32,000 nucleotides of DNA from Armatimonadota bacterium (GCA_035528905.1 DATKXU010000002.1:56441-88440), one strand, 5' to 3'; shown: positions 9,499-17,586, numbered from the stretch's first letter. The notes: generated by a model not told the origin, from the letters alone. Numbers and translations: made by a program.

Positions 9499-9646
9499 GG
9501 GAGGGCGAAGCTCCTGCTGAGCCGTGCCTTCGTACACAGGGATGCACAGGATGGACAGGATAAATCCGGGACTAGCAGCCAACCCTTATGGAGTGCTGGT
9601 GGCATGCCTGCCCCGAAGTAAGCGGGAACACCGCTTCGCCCTCCCC
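9498..9646. repeat. Dispersed-repeat hairpin: 14-bp perfect inverted repeat GGGGAGGGCGAAGC / GCTTCGCCCTCCCC enclosing 121 nt
   Basis: The left arm at 9498-9511 overlaps the last base of the uvrB stop codon. The right arm is at 9633-9646. The left arm extends to the 26-nt unit at 9499-9524, which recurs inverted at 17325-17350. The loop contains three tandem 9-10-nt units (cacagggatg/cacaggatg/gacaggata, 9535-9562). Confidence 0.85.
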
Positions 9647-9684
9647 TCTGTGCCTCCGTGGTGCAAATCCGGCCCTGAATTCTG

Positions 9685-9713
9685 TTGACCAGTGTCACGA
9701 TTCCTGATAGAAT
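9685..9713 (+). promoter_or_regulatory. Sigma-70-type promoter TTGACC-17-TAGAAT upstream of uvrA
   Basis: TTGACC at 9685-9690, a 17-nt spacer, TAGAAT at 9708-9713. It is bracketed by a 9-bp inverted repeat, GAATTCTGT (9677-9685) and ACAGAATTC (9729-9737). Confidence 0.6.
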
Positions 9714-9773
9714 TTAATTTCGCGGAGTACAGAATTCCGCCGCAAACTTATGCACAGGGATGGTCGTCCGAGC

Positions 9774-12632
9774 ATGGGAGCCGATAGCATAGTCATCCGC
9801 GGAGCGCGGCAGCACAACCTCAAGAATATTGACCTCGAAATCCCCAGGGACAAGTTCGTCGTCATCACGGGCATCTCCGGGTCGGGGAAGTCGTCGCTTG
9901 CGTTCGACACTATCTACGCAGAGGGCCAGCGGCGCTATGTCGAGTCGCTGAGCGCCTATGCCAGGCAGTTCCTCGGCCAGATGGACAAGCCGGATGTGGA
10001 CTACATCGAGGGGCTTTCGCCCGCCGTCTCCATTGACCAGAGATCCACGACCAAGAATCCGCGTTCCACTGTCGGCACGGTCACAGAGATCTACGACTAC
10101 CTCCGGCTCTTGTTTGCCAGGGTGGGGCATCCGCACTGCCCTCGGTGCGGCCGCGAGATCAGCCAGCAGACGGTGCAGCAGATGGTAGACGCCGTGATGT
10201 CCCTCCCCGGGGATACGAAGTTCCAGGTTCTCGCGCCGGTGGTTCGGGGCCGTAAGGGCGAGTACAGGCAGGTCTTCGAGGACATTCGGAAGGAAGGGTA
10301 CGTCAGAGTCCGCGTAGACGGCCACACATATGAGGTAACGGACGACATCGAGCTGGACAGGTACAAGCAGCATTGGATTGATGTCGTCGTGGATCGTCTC
10401 GTGGTCAAGCCAGGCATTGAGAAGCGGCTCGCCGACTCGCTGGAAGCGGCGCTTAAAATGGGCAAGGGCGTCGTGGGCATTGACATCATCGGCGGCGAGC
10501 AGCTCCTCTTCTCCGAGCAATTCGCCTGCTCGGAGTGCGGCATCAGCATCGAGGAGATAGCCCCAAGGAATTTCTCGTTCAACAGCCCATACGGCGCGTG
10601 TCCGGACTGCCACGGCCTCGGCACGCATACGGAACTCGACCCGGCGCTGATTCTCCCGGACTGGAACCTCTCTATTGAGGATGGAGCGATTGCTCCTCTC
10701 TCACGCGCCACGGGCGACTATTTCCACGGCCTCCTCAGAGGAGTGAGTGAGAAATACAGGTTTTCTACGAGCACCCCGATCAGGGATTTGACCGACGAGC
10801 AAAGGAGCGCGCTTCTGTACGGCGCGGACGGCCCGATAGACGTCACATTCAGAAACCGCTACGGGCGCATGCGGCATTTTTACACAACATTCGACGGCAT
10901 AGTGGCCATCCTGAACCAAAGGCACGCGGAAACACACTCGCAGATGGTGCGCGAAGAGACCGAGAAGTACATGTCCACGGGGAAATGCCCCGCGTGCGAC
11001 GGCCAGCGCCTCCGCCCGGAGAGCCTGGCTGTCACGATCAGCGGGTTGAATGTCTCGCACGTAGCGGACTTCTCGGTGCAGCAGGCATACGACTTCTTCG
11101 ACACCCTGAGGCTGAGCGAGCGCGAATACACCATCGCGCGCCAGGCGATCAAGGAGATCAAGACGAGGCTCGGCTTCCTCACGAACGTGGGCTTGAGCTA
11201 CCTGACCCTCGATCGGCGGGCGGCAACCCTGGCGGGAGGCGAGGCCCAGAGAATACGCCTGGCAACCCAGATCGGCTCCGGCCTCATGGGAGTAATATAC
11301 ATCCTCGATGAGCCGAGCATCGGCCTTCACCAGAAAGACAACCGAAAACTCATAGACACCCTTCTCAAGCTCCGCGACCTGGGCAACACGATCATCGTCG
11401 TGGAGCATGATGAAGAGACAATCCGCTCGGCGGACCACATCATTGACCTGGGCCCCGGCGCAGGAGAGCATGGCGGGAGAGTCGTCGTCGCAGGAACGCT
11501 TGAAGATGTCATAAACGCGAAGAACTGCCTGACCGGCGACTACCTGACTGGACGGGAGTCAATACCTGTGCCGGGAAGGCGTCGCGAGGCGAACGGTCAG
11601 TTCATGGAGCTGCGAGGCGCGCGCGAGCACAATCTGAAGAACATCAATGTCCAATTTCCGCTTGGGATGTTCATATGCGTGACGGGTGTATCCGGCTCAG
11701 GCAAGAGCACGCTCGTTCAGGAGACACTGTTCCCGCGGCTGATGTACCGCCTGCACGGGACGCACGCCGCCTGGGGTGACCACGACGAGATAATCGGCAT
11801 CGAGCACATAGATAAGGTCATAGACATTGATCAGTCGCCGATCGGGAGGACGCCGAGGTCGAACCCCGCTACGTACACAGGCACTTTCGACATCATCCGC
11901 GATCTCTTTGCGAGCACTCCCGATGCAAGAGTGAGGGGTTACAAGCCCGGAAGGTTCAGCTTCAACGTGAAGGGCGGGCGATGCGAGGCATGCCGCGGCG
12001 ACGGCATCATCAAGATAGAGATGCACTTCCTGCCGGATGTCTATGTCCCGTGTGAGGTCTGCAAGGGAAAACGGTACAACCGCGAGACCCTGGAGATCAA
12101 ATACAAGGCGAAGAACATCGCCGATGTGCTGGATATGACCGTCGGGACCGCGCTGGAGTTCTTCAAGAACATACCGGCGATCATGCGGCGGCTTCAGACG
12201 ATACACGACGTGGGGCTGGATTACATAAAGCTGGGCCAGCCAGCCACAACGTTGTCCGGCGGCGAGGCACAGAGGGTGAAGCTCGCAACCGAGCTCGCTA
12301 AGAGAGGCACAGGAAGGACCGTCTACATCCTAGACGAGCCGACGACCGGCCTGCACTTCGCGGATATTCGAAAGCTGCTCGACGTATTGAACAGACTGAC
12401 GGACGCCGGGAACACGGTCATCGTGATAGAGCACAACCTGGAGGTCATCAAGACCGCCGATTACATAATTGATCTCGGCCCCGAAGGCGGTGACGAAGGC
12501 GGCCGCGTGATAGCGACGGGAACTCCCGAGGAGGTCGCCCAGGTCGCCAACTCGTACACAGGACAGTTCCTGCGCCGGATGCTCCCGCAGTACGCAGAAG
12601 CACGAAGGGAGAGAAAGGCGGCTGTGGTGTAG
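9774..12632 (+). CDS. uvrA: Excinuclease ABC subunit A
   Basis: The frame opens at ATG 9750. ATG 9774 gives the canonical N-terminus [55 protein letters not shown]. Two ABC ATPase modules (second Walker [10 protein letters not shown]), Zn-finger cysteines ([24 protein letters not shown]). Confidence 0.97.
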   Translation: MGADSIVIRGARQHNLKNIDLEIPRDKFVVITGISGSGKSSLAFDTIYAEGQRRYVESLSAYARQFLGQMDKPDVDYIEGLSPAVSIDQRSTTKNPRSTVGTVTEIYDYLRLLFARVGHPHCPRCGREISQQTVQQMVDAVMSLPGDTKFQVLAPVVRGRKGEYRQVFEDIRKEGYVRVRVDGHTYEVTDDIELDRYKQHWIDVVVDRLVVKPGIEKRLADSLEAALKMGKGVVGIDIIGGEQLLFSEQFACSECGISIEEIAPRNFSFNSPYGACPDCHGLGTHTELDPALILPDWNLSIEDGAIAPLSRATGDYFHGLLRGVSEKYRFSTSTPIRDLTDEQRSALLYGADGPIDVTFRNRYGRMRHFYTTFDGIVAILNQRHAETHSQMVREETEKYMSTGKCPACDGQRLRPESLAVTISGLNVSHVADFSVQQAYDFFDTLRLSEREYTIARQAIKEIKTRLGFLTNVGLSYLTLDRRAATLAGGEAQRIRLATQIGSGLMGVIYILDEPSIGLHQKDNRKLIDTLLKLRDLGNTIIVVEHDEETIRSADHIIDLGPGAGEHGGRVVVAGTLEDVINAKNCLTGDYLTGRESIPVPGRRREANGQFMELRGAREHNLKNINVQFPLGMFICVTGVSGSGKSTLVQETLFPRLMYRLHGTHAAWGDHDEIIGIEHIDKVIDIDQSPIGRTPRSNPATYTGTFDIIRDLFASTPDARVRGYKPGRFSFNVKGGRCEACRGDGIIKIEMHFLPDVYVPCEVCKGKRYNRETLEIKYKAKNIADVLDMTVGTALEFFKNIPAIMRRLQTIHDVGLDYIKLGQPATTLSGGEAQRVKLATELAKRGTGRTVYILDEPTTGLHFADIRKLLDVLNRLTDAGNTVIVIEHNLEVIKTADYIIDLGPEGGDEGGRVIATGTPEEVAQVANSYTGQFLRRMLPQYAEARRERKAAVV

Positions 12633-12706
12633 GCCGCACGGGATAAAGTTGTTTTGCTGGGGTGAGGGCTAGAACCCACACTATAACTTAAACCCGAGAC
12701 ACGATC

Positions 12707-14545
12707 ATGGAAGCAGCGCTTCGAGAAAAGCTCAAGCATCTGCCCGATAAGCCGGGCGTATATATGATGAAAGACGTGCGCGGAGAGGTGCTCTACGTCG
12801 GAAAGGCATCCTCTCTGCGCAGTCGGGTCCGCTCGTATTTCCAGAAGGGGCGAACGCATCAGCCGAAACTGCTGATCATGATGCCTAAGGTGAATGACGT
12901 AGACTGGCTTGTGACGGGCAGCGAGCTCGAGGCGCTCATGCTCGAGTGCAACCTCATCAAGCAGCACCATCCGCGCTACAACGTATGCCTCCGCGATGAC
13001 AAGCATTACCCATACCTCTGCGTGACAACTTCCGAGCCGTTCCCGCGCGTCCTGGTAGTCCGCCGCGTCAAGCAGGACGGGAACAGGTATTTCGGCCCTT
13101 ATGGCGATTCCTCAGCCATGCGGGAGAGTCTGCGGCTTATCAGAAGGGTCTTCAGGATCAGGGGCTGCAACAAGAAGCTCACTGGGGAGGAGCGCGATCG
13201 CCCCTGTCTGAATTTCCACCTCGGCCAGTGCGAATCGCCGTGCTCGGGCCGGATCGCCCAGGACGCGTATAGGGCATTGGTCCGGGATACGTGTTCCTTC
13301 CTGGAAGGGCGGGGAGAATCCCTCGTGGCCTCTCTCGAAAAGGAGATGGGGGCGGCGGCCGAGGCGCTTGAGTTCGAGAGAGCAGCCCGCCTTAGGGATC
13401 AGACCTGGTCGCTGCGCAAGCTCGTCGAGCGGCAGAAGGCGATCAGCACCGACCAGACAGACCGGGATATAGTATCCGCCAGCGTCGAGGGCGATTCGGC
13501 GTGCGTGCAGTTGCTGTTCGTGCGCTCAGGAAGGCTCATCGGGGAGGAGCGCTTCTTCCTCGACGGCGTGACCGACGAGGGCGCCGAGGCCGGCCTCGTG
13601 GGGTTCATCAAGCAGTACTACCGCGATGCCGCATACGTGCCGAAGGAAATCCTGGTGTCGCACGCGCTTCCGGAAAGGGCCATCCTGGAGGAGTGGCTGT
13701 CGCTCAGGCGGGGATCGAGGGTCAGGCTGATGCACCCGAAGCGCGGCGTTAAGCGCCGGCTGGTGGATATGGCGATCGAGAATGCTGCACTGGCTGCCGA
13801 GCGCGAGCGGAGTCAAGAAGCTGAGGCTGAAGCATGCGCAGACCTGCAGGCTCTCGCGCAGGCCCTCGGCCTCCCTGAGCCCCCGTCGCGGATCGAGGCG
13901 TACGACATCTCGAACATCCAGGGGCGTGAGGCGGTCGGCTCGATGGTGGTCTTCCAGCGCGGGCTGCCGGCGAAGTCGCAGTATCGGCGGTTCAAGATTC
14001 GTGCGGCCGAGCAGCCGGATGACTATGGGATGATCCGCGAGGTGTTACTGCGGAGGCTGGCACGGACTGCTGCCGGCGACCCCAAATTCGCCGCTCTGCC
14101 CGATCTTGTCCTGATAGACGGGGGTAGGGGACAGTTGAACGCAGCGCTGGACGCGCTGCGACCCGTTAGCCGTCAGCAGTTAGCCGCTAGCTCCGAAATC
14201 CGAATTGTGTCGTTGGCAAAGCGGCTGGAGGAGATTTACACGCCTGAATCGAGCAAGCCGCTTCTGCTCCCGTTGGATTCCCCTGCGCTCAGGCTGCTGC
14301 AGAGGATACGCGACGAGGCGCACCGCTTCGCCCTGGCCTACCACCGGAAGCTCCGCGTGAAGGCGGCGAAGAAGTCCGTGCTCGACGGCATCCCCGGAAT
14401 AGGCGATCAGCGCCGGAAGGCCCTCATCCGCAGGTTCGGCTCCCTCGCCGGCGTCCGCAGAGCTTCCCTCGAAGAGCTTCTCACCGTCCCCGGCATGACA
14501 CGGCCGGCTGCAGAGACAGTGTACGAGGCGTTGCATGGGGAGTAG
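12707..14545 (+). CDS. uvrC: Excinuclease ABC subunit C
   Basis: 612 aa. GIY-YIG N-terminus (PGVYMMKDVRGEVLYVGKASSLRSRVRSYF), UVR domain (FERAARLRDQ), endonuclease V-like region (IEAYDISN), C-terminal (HhH)2 (IPGIGDQRRKALIRRFGSL). It carries an in-frame repeat-derived segment at 14165-14205. Confidence 0.97.
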   Translation: MEAALREKLKHLPDKPGVYMMKDVRGEVLYVGKASSLRSRVRSYFQKGRTHQPKLLIMMPKVNDVDWLVTGSELEALMLECNLIKQHHPRYNVCLRDDKHYPYLCVTTSEPFPRVLVVRRVKQDGNRYFGPYGDSSAMRESLRLIRRVFRIRGCNKKLTGEERDRPCLNFHLGQCESPCSGRIAQDAYRALVRDTCSFLEGRGESLVASLEKEMGAAAEALEFERAARLRDQTWSLRKLVERQKAISTDQTDRDIVSASVEGDSACVQLLFVRSGRLIGEERFFLDGVTDEGAEAGLVGFIKQYYRDAAYVPKEILVSHALPERAILEEWLSLRRGSRVRLMHPKRGVKRRLVDMAIENAALAAERERSQEAEAEACADLQALAQALGLPEPPSRIEAYDISNIQGREAVGSMVVFQRGLPAKSQYRRFKIRAAEQPDDYGMIREVLLRRLARTAAGDPKFAALPDLVLIDGGRGQLNAALDALRPVSRQQLAASSEIRIVSLAKRLEEIYTPESSKPLLLPLDSPALRLLQRIRDEAHRFALAYHRKLRVKAAKKSVLDGIPGIGDQRRKALIRRFGSLAGVRRASLEELLTVPGMTRPAAETVYEALHGE

Positions 14546-14549
14546 GGGA

Positions 14550-14810
14550 CTAGCTAAACGTATATCGTCTCCAGGGAATCGCTCGCACAGGCACTGAAGC
14601 CAAGAAGTTCACTAGGTCACGCCGACCACAATACGTCGGTGCCCCCCGACCGTCCTGGGCCATCAGAACAATTGGCATGCCAGGAAAAAGAGGTGCAAAC
14701 GACCGTGTCGCCTCTCTTGCCAAATGGGAACTCTGGATGATGTGACGTTTCACGATCACCACTGCGAATGTGACTCCTTGCTCTCTTACGACCGCGCCGT
14801 CAATCTGCAT
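14550..14810 (-). CDS. Hypothetical 86-aa protein, last gene of the minus-strand island operon
   Basis: ATG at 14810 is preceded by AAGGGGG 7 nt upstream and lies 18 nt after the upstream gene's stop. Its stop codon is 4 nt from the convergent uvrC stop. No TM segment and no motif I can name. Confidence 0.6.
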   Translation of the reverse strand: MQIDGAVVREQGVTFAVVIVKRHIIQSSHLAREATRSFAPLFPGMPIVLMAQDGRGAPTYCGRRDLVNFLASVPVRAIPWRRYTFS

Positions 14811-14828
14811 TTTGTTACCCCCTTATTG

Positions 14829-15221
14829 CTATGGAAGACTGGAGAATGTGGCGGTCCCACCCATATTCAGCACGTAGGTGGCAAACCGCATCATCGGGGC
14901 ACCATGTGTGGAAACCAAGGTCTCAGCTGTTGCCAAAGCTTGTGCAGGGACGACAAGTGTAAAATTGAACAGTGTGCGGTAGGTCGTCCACTGCTGAACC
15001 TCTGAGTCATTGACGGAATCCCCGGTTTCCACTTCGAGGATGTAGTAGCTATTCTGATTCTTCAACTTGACGATGACATCGGGATACATCCCGTTAAAGC
15101 GTTGGTTTTGCGACGAGCCCGGGTTTGTCCAGACCTCAAAACCGTTGCGCTGATAAATCCCGGCGATAGCTGCAATAATCGCGTCGTGTTCAGATTGTGC
15201 ATTTAGCGTTCTTGTTGCCAT
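14829..15221 (-). CDS. Small (130 aa) PD-(D/E)xK-like (restriction-endonuclease-fold) protein, hypothetical
   Basis: The ORF track extends to 15371, but the internal ATG at 15221 has a strong SD (AGAAGGAGCACATC-ATG) and removes the overlap with the upstream gene. The motif YPDVIV-x12-ILEVET matches PD...ExE spacing. The canonical Lys is not evident. Confidence 0.65.
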   Translation of the reverse strand: MATRTLNAQSEHDAIIAAIAGIYQRNGFEVWTNPGSSQNQRFNGMYPDVIVKLKNQNSYYILEVETGDSVNDSEVQQWTTYRTLFNFTLVVPAQALATAETLVSTHGAPMMRFATYVLNMGGTATFSSLP

Positions 15222-15286
15222 GATGTGCTCCTTCTGTCTAAGCCGTATTGTGCAGTTGGCAGCTACTCTACCAGTGTTGAGCAATG

Positions 15287-16417
15287 CTAGAAGTCTAGGC
15301 TGCCTTGTCCTTTGGATTCTGGCTTGGCCTCGGGCATGCCCATACAGGCATCCAAGTAGCGCAGACGCCACTCTATTGCTGGGACAGAAACCCCGAACTG
15401 CCTTGCTAATTCCTGAACATCATCTACGCCGCTCTGGATGAGTTCGCATAGCGGTTTGGTAGGCATGATAAGCGCCGCAGCAAACACGTTAGCCTCAGTT
15501 TCACGGTGGGCCTTTCGTCTGAGTTCCTTCTCTTCTGACCTGGCAGCGATCACGTCGTTCGCTGTCAATGCTTGCAATACTTCCCAGGTCAGGTCCACTC
15601 GCTCTTCATCCACTGTCGCTTGCGGGTCCCTGTGGACGGCACCGCGCAGTTCGACCCTATGCATCATGGCATGGGCGATTTCATGACCAAACGTATACCG
15701 CTGCCTGGTCGGCCGCTCGTCGGCATTGATGCATATTCGGTTAGTATCTGGATCGAACCACCCAGAATCGCCCTGTCCCATACGGTCGAGAAAGTAATCG
15801 CAGCTTAGAGCTACCTCGCCTATCAGATCGACGGGTACAGGGATAGTTATGCTGCCTATGCCTCTAATGGACATATACATGGCGAGGGTTCTGTCTGCCT
15901 CATGTGCCACGTGCCGGTACCAATCGCATTTCTGAGTGGTTAGTATTCTGTGTTTCCCTGAAACCTTCGCTCTTAACTTTGCGAGTTGAACCGCAGCGAA
16001 GACCCGATTCCGGTCACGGACGTCTACAGTGGATCTTGCGTAAGCATGCGCTGGTCTAGGAAAGGGCACCGATGGAGAAGTTGTGGTTAACGATGTGCTG
16101 ACGGCAGCAAGAACAGACTGCAGCACCTCGGTGATTCGACTCGTGACACTTTCGCTCTTTCTTATACCAACCTCCCACTGGCCAAGGTCTGCTTCATCTA
16201 CTCCAGCCATTTGGGCGATTTGCCCACGTGGTACAGCACCAGCCCGGCGTAGTGCGCTGACAGCAGATGCTACATCCAGTCTCCGACCACTCGTGAGCGC
16301 TTCGGGACAATATCTGAGCACTGACACAAAGAGCTCAGCAAGATTCGAATCCCGCTCTGACCTGCTGCCAAACTTGGTGAAATATTCGCCCAATATTTTG
16401 TCCAGGCTCTCACTCAT
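15287..16417 (-). CDS. XRE-family HTH fused to an ImmA/IrrE-type (COG2856, peptidase M78) zinc metalloprotease
   Basis: 376 aa. N-terminal HTH-like ALRRAGAVPRGQIAQMAGVDEADLGQWEVGIRK. Zinc-binding HEIAH encoded at 15671-15685 (catgaaatcgcccat on the minus strand). ETEANVFAAALIMP and the C-terminal ELARQFGVSVPAIEWRLRYL are typical of ImmA/IrrE. GGGGGAG SD. The ATG overlaps the upstream stop (ATGAGTGA). Confidence 0.85.
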   Translation of the reverse strand: MSESLDKILGEYFTKFGSRSERDSNLAELFVSVLRYCPEALTSGRRLDVASAVSALRRAGAVPRGQIAQMAGVDEADLGQWEVGIRKSESVTSRITEVLQSVLAAVSTSLTTTSPSVPFPRPAHAYARSTVDVRDRNRVFAAVQLAKLRAKVSGKHRILTTQKCDWYRHVAHEADRTLAMYMSIRGIGSITIPVPVDLIGEVALSCDYFLDRMGQGDSGWFDPDTNRICINADERPTRQRYTFGHEIAHAMMHRVELRGAVHRDPQATVDEERVDLTWEVLQALTANDVIAARSEEKELRRKAHRETEANVFAAALIMPTKPLCELIQSGVDDVQELARQFGVSVPAIEWRLRYLDACMGMPEAKPESKGQGSLDF

Positions 16418-17042
16418 CGCAGTCTCCCCCTACCGAAACGTCCAATGTGGCAGAATTGGCAGCATCAGCGGCAAAGTACGGCTGCCTGCTTAATAGGGAG
16501 CCAAACTTTCGTTTTACTCTCCTGATTATGTTTTGCGGAGATTCGCCGCTAGGATAGCCTGCGTATGCTACCGCACCAACTGGCGAATATCCCGTGGAAT
16601 AAGCCCTCAGAAACTTCTGCTCCCGAATATCCATCTGCGTAAGTGCTGTTGTTACCGCTGCGACCCGTTCTGTCCGGTCTAAGCATTCCCATGGGTCTGG
16701 GGCATCCGAGGCAATATCAATTCCTTCTTCCCTCATAGCCTCAAGCGAACCCACAGTAGGGCGCTTCTCTTTGCGCTGGATATAACGTTTCCGCCTGTCT
16801 TCAGCTTTCAGCCAAACGAAGGATTTTATATTTTGTGTGCCGGATGGATCCCACTTCTTCAGGTCTAGGTACACACGGCGTAGCGTCTCCATACACTCAT
16901 CCTCTAGGTCCATGGGGTCTACTGTTTTGCTTAGGCGACGCTTAATAAGTTGTAGAGCCTGCTCTGCGAAGAGCGCCCACGTTTGAGGATCACCTGCGCG
17001 TAAGCGTTCTAGGCTGGCCATATCCCAATCGGCAACTCCCAT
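16410..17042 (-). CDS. Sigma-70/ECF-like protein (regions 2 and 4 recognisable), first gene of the island operon
   Basis: 210 aa. Region-2-like LRAGDPQTWALF...LEDECMETLRRVYLDLKKWDP...SFVWLKAEDRRKRYIQRKEKR. Region-4-like ALTQMDIREQKFLRAYSTGYSP...IIRRVKRKF. GAGGA SD 5 nt upstream. 8-nt overlap with the next gene. Confidence 0.6.
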   Translation of the reverse strand: MGVADWDMASLERLRAGDPQTWALFAEQALQLIKRRLSKTVDPMDLEDECMETLRRVYLDLKKWDPSGTQNIKSFVWLKAEDRRKRYIQRKEKRPTVGSLEAMREEGIDIASDAPDPWECLDRTERVAAVTTALTQMDIREQKFLRAYSTGYSPVGAVAYAGYPSGESPQNIIRRVKRKFGSLLSRQPYFAADAANSATLDVSVGGDCDE

Positions 17043-17077
17043 CGTATCCTCACAATCCGCCTCCCGTTTCTTGCCCT

Positions 17078-17106
17078 ATATACTTACCTACCGACTTTCG
17101 CCCAAT
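17078..17106 (-). promoter_or_regulatory. Candidate sigma-70-type promoter for the island operon (TTGGGC-17-TATATA on the minus strand)
   Basis: Read on the minus strand: TTGGGC (17101-17106), a 17-nt spacer, TATATA (17078-17083), ~35 nt upstream of the ATG at 17042. Confidence 0.4.
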
Positions 17107-17290
17107 CTGCCATCACAGGCGGGTTTTTCATGGGTACATGCGATGATATAGCAACCTTACTGGAGCGCAGACCAATTCTACGCTTTTCTGAAGGGTCTTG
17201 TAAAGCGCGGCTCAGCGTTAATCCGCAGGTGCCGCGCTACCGCATCACCGGCCCAGCACTCCATCACTCCTCACGAATCACGCTCGGAGT

Positions 17291-17350
17291 GGGAGGGCGA
17301 TCCGCCGCGGCCAATCCGTCGAACCGGCTCAGCAGGAGCTTCGCCCTCCC
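17291..17350. repeat. Second copy of the GGGAGGGCGA.../...TCGCCCTCCC hairpin repeat
   Basis: GGGAGGGCGA (17291-17300) pairs with TCGCCCTCCC (17341-17350). 17325-17350 (cggctcagcaggagcttcgccctccc) is the exact reverse complement of 9499-9524 (26/26). Confidence 0.9.
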
Positions 17351-17395
17351 GAATGCCCTGTTTAAACAATCCCATCCGGCATTTAGCATCCAGCC

Positions 17396-17586
17396 GTCAG
17401 CAGTTAGCCGTCAGCAGTTAGCCGCCAGCAGTTGGCATCGAGCATCTAGTATCCAGTATCCAGCATCCAGTATCGCTCAACACTCAACACTCCACACTCA
17501 ACTCTTTTCACTCCTCACTCCTCACTCCTCACTCGTCACGATCCACGAGCACGAGTAAGAGTACGAGTAGGATTCACGAGTACGAG
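17396..17586. repeat. Mosaic of five different short tandem-repeat blocks (14, 7, 7, 7 and 6-nt units)
   Basis: gtcagcagttagcc x2 plus a degenerate third copy (17396-17437). tatccag-type x4 (17450-17476). tcaacac-type x4 (17477-17504). cactcct x4 (17509-17536). NAcgag hexamers x7 (17544-17586). It ends with the box cacgatccacgagcacgagtaagagta (17537-17563). Confidence 0.9.

Noticed and set aside
7849-9582. A 577-aa ORF antisense to uvrB, plus other long antisense ORFs: 3497-4405, 5596-6708, 9714-10628, 26212-27156 and 445-1260.
   Set aside because: All lie opposite strongly conserved or clearly coding genes. Their translations are Arg/Leu/Ala/Gly/Pro-rich with no motifs. Long stop-free antisense frames are an expected by-product of GC-rich third-codon positions.
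14165-17425. The 23-nt direct repeat (14165-14187 and 17403-17425) as attL/attR of an integrative element carrying a replacement uvrC 3' end.
   Set aside because: There is no integrase or recombinase in the interval. The sequence after the right copy shows no trace of a displaced uvrC 3' end. The right copy is simply part of a tandem 14-mer array. I kept it as a repeat-in-CDS observation instead.
17130-17558. A 142-aa + strand ORF in the island-ogt spacer.
   Set aside because: It is read straight through the GGGAGGGCGA hairpin repeat and the tandem-repeat mosaic, giving low-complexity SSIQYPASS and SLLTPHSSL. It has no SD. The same applies to 17522-17782 on the - strand.
17396-17586. Possible CRISPR array, because of the regularly repeated short units.
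   Set aside because: The units are only 6-14 nt and directly abut each other with no spacers. Several unrelated unit types are chained. No cas genes or leader are present.
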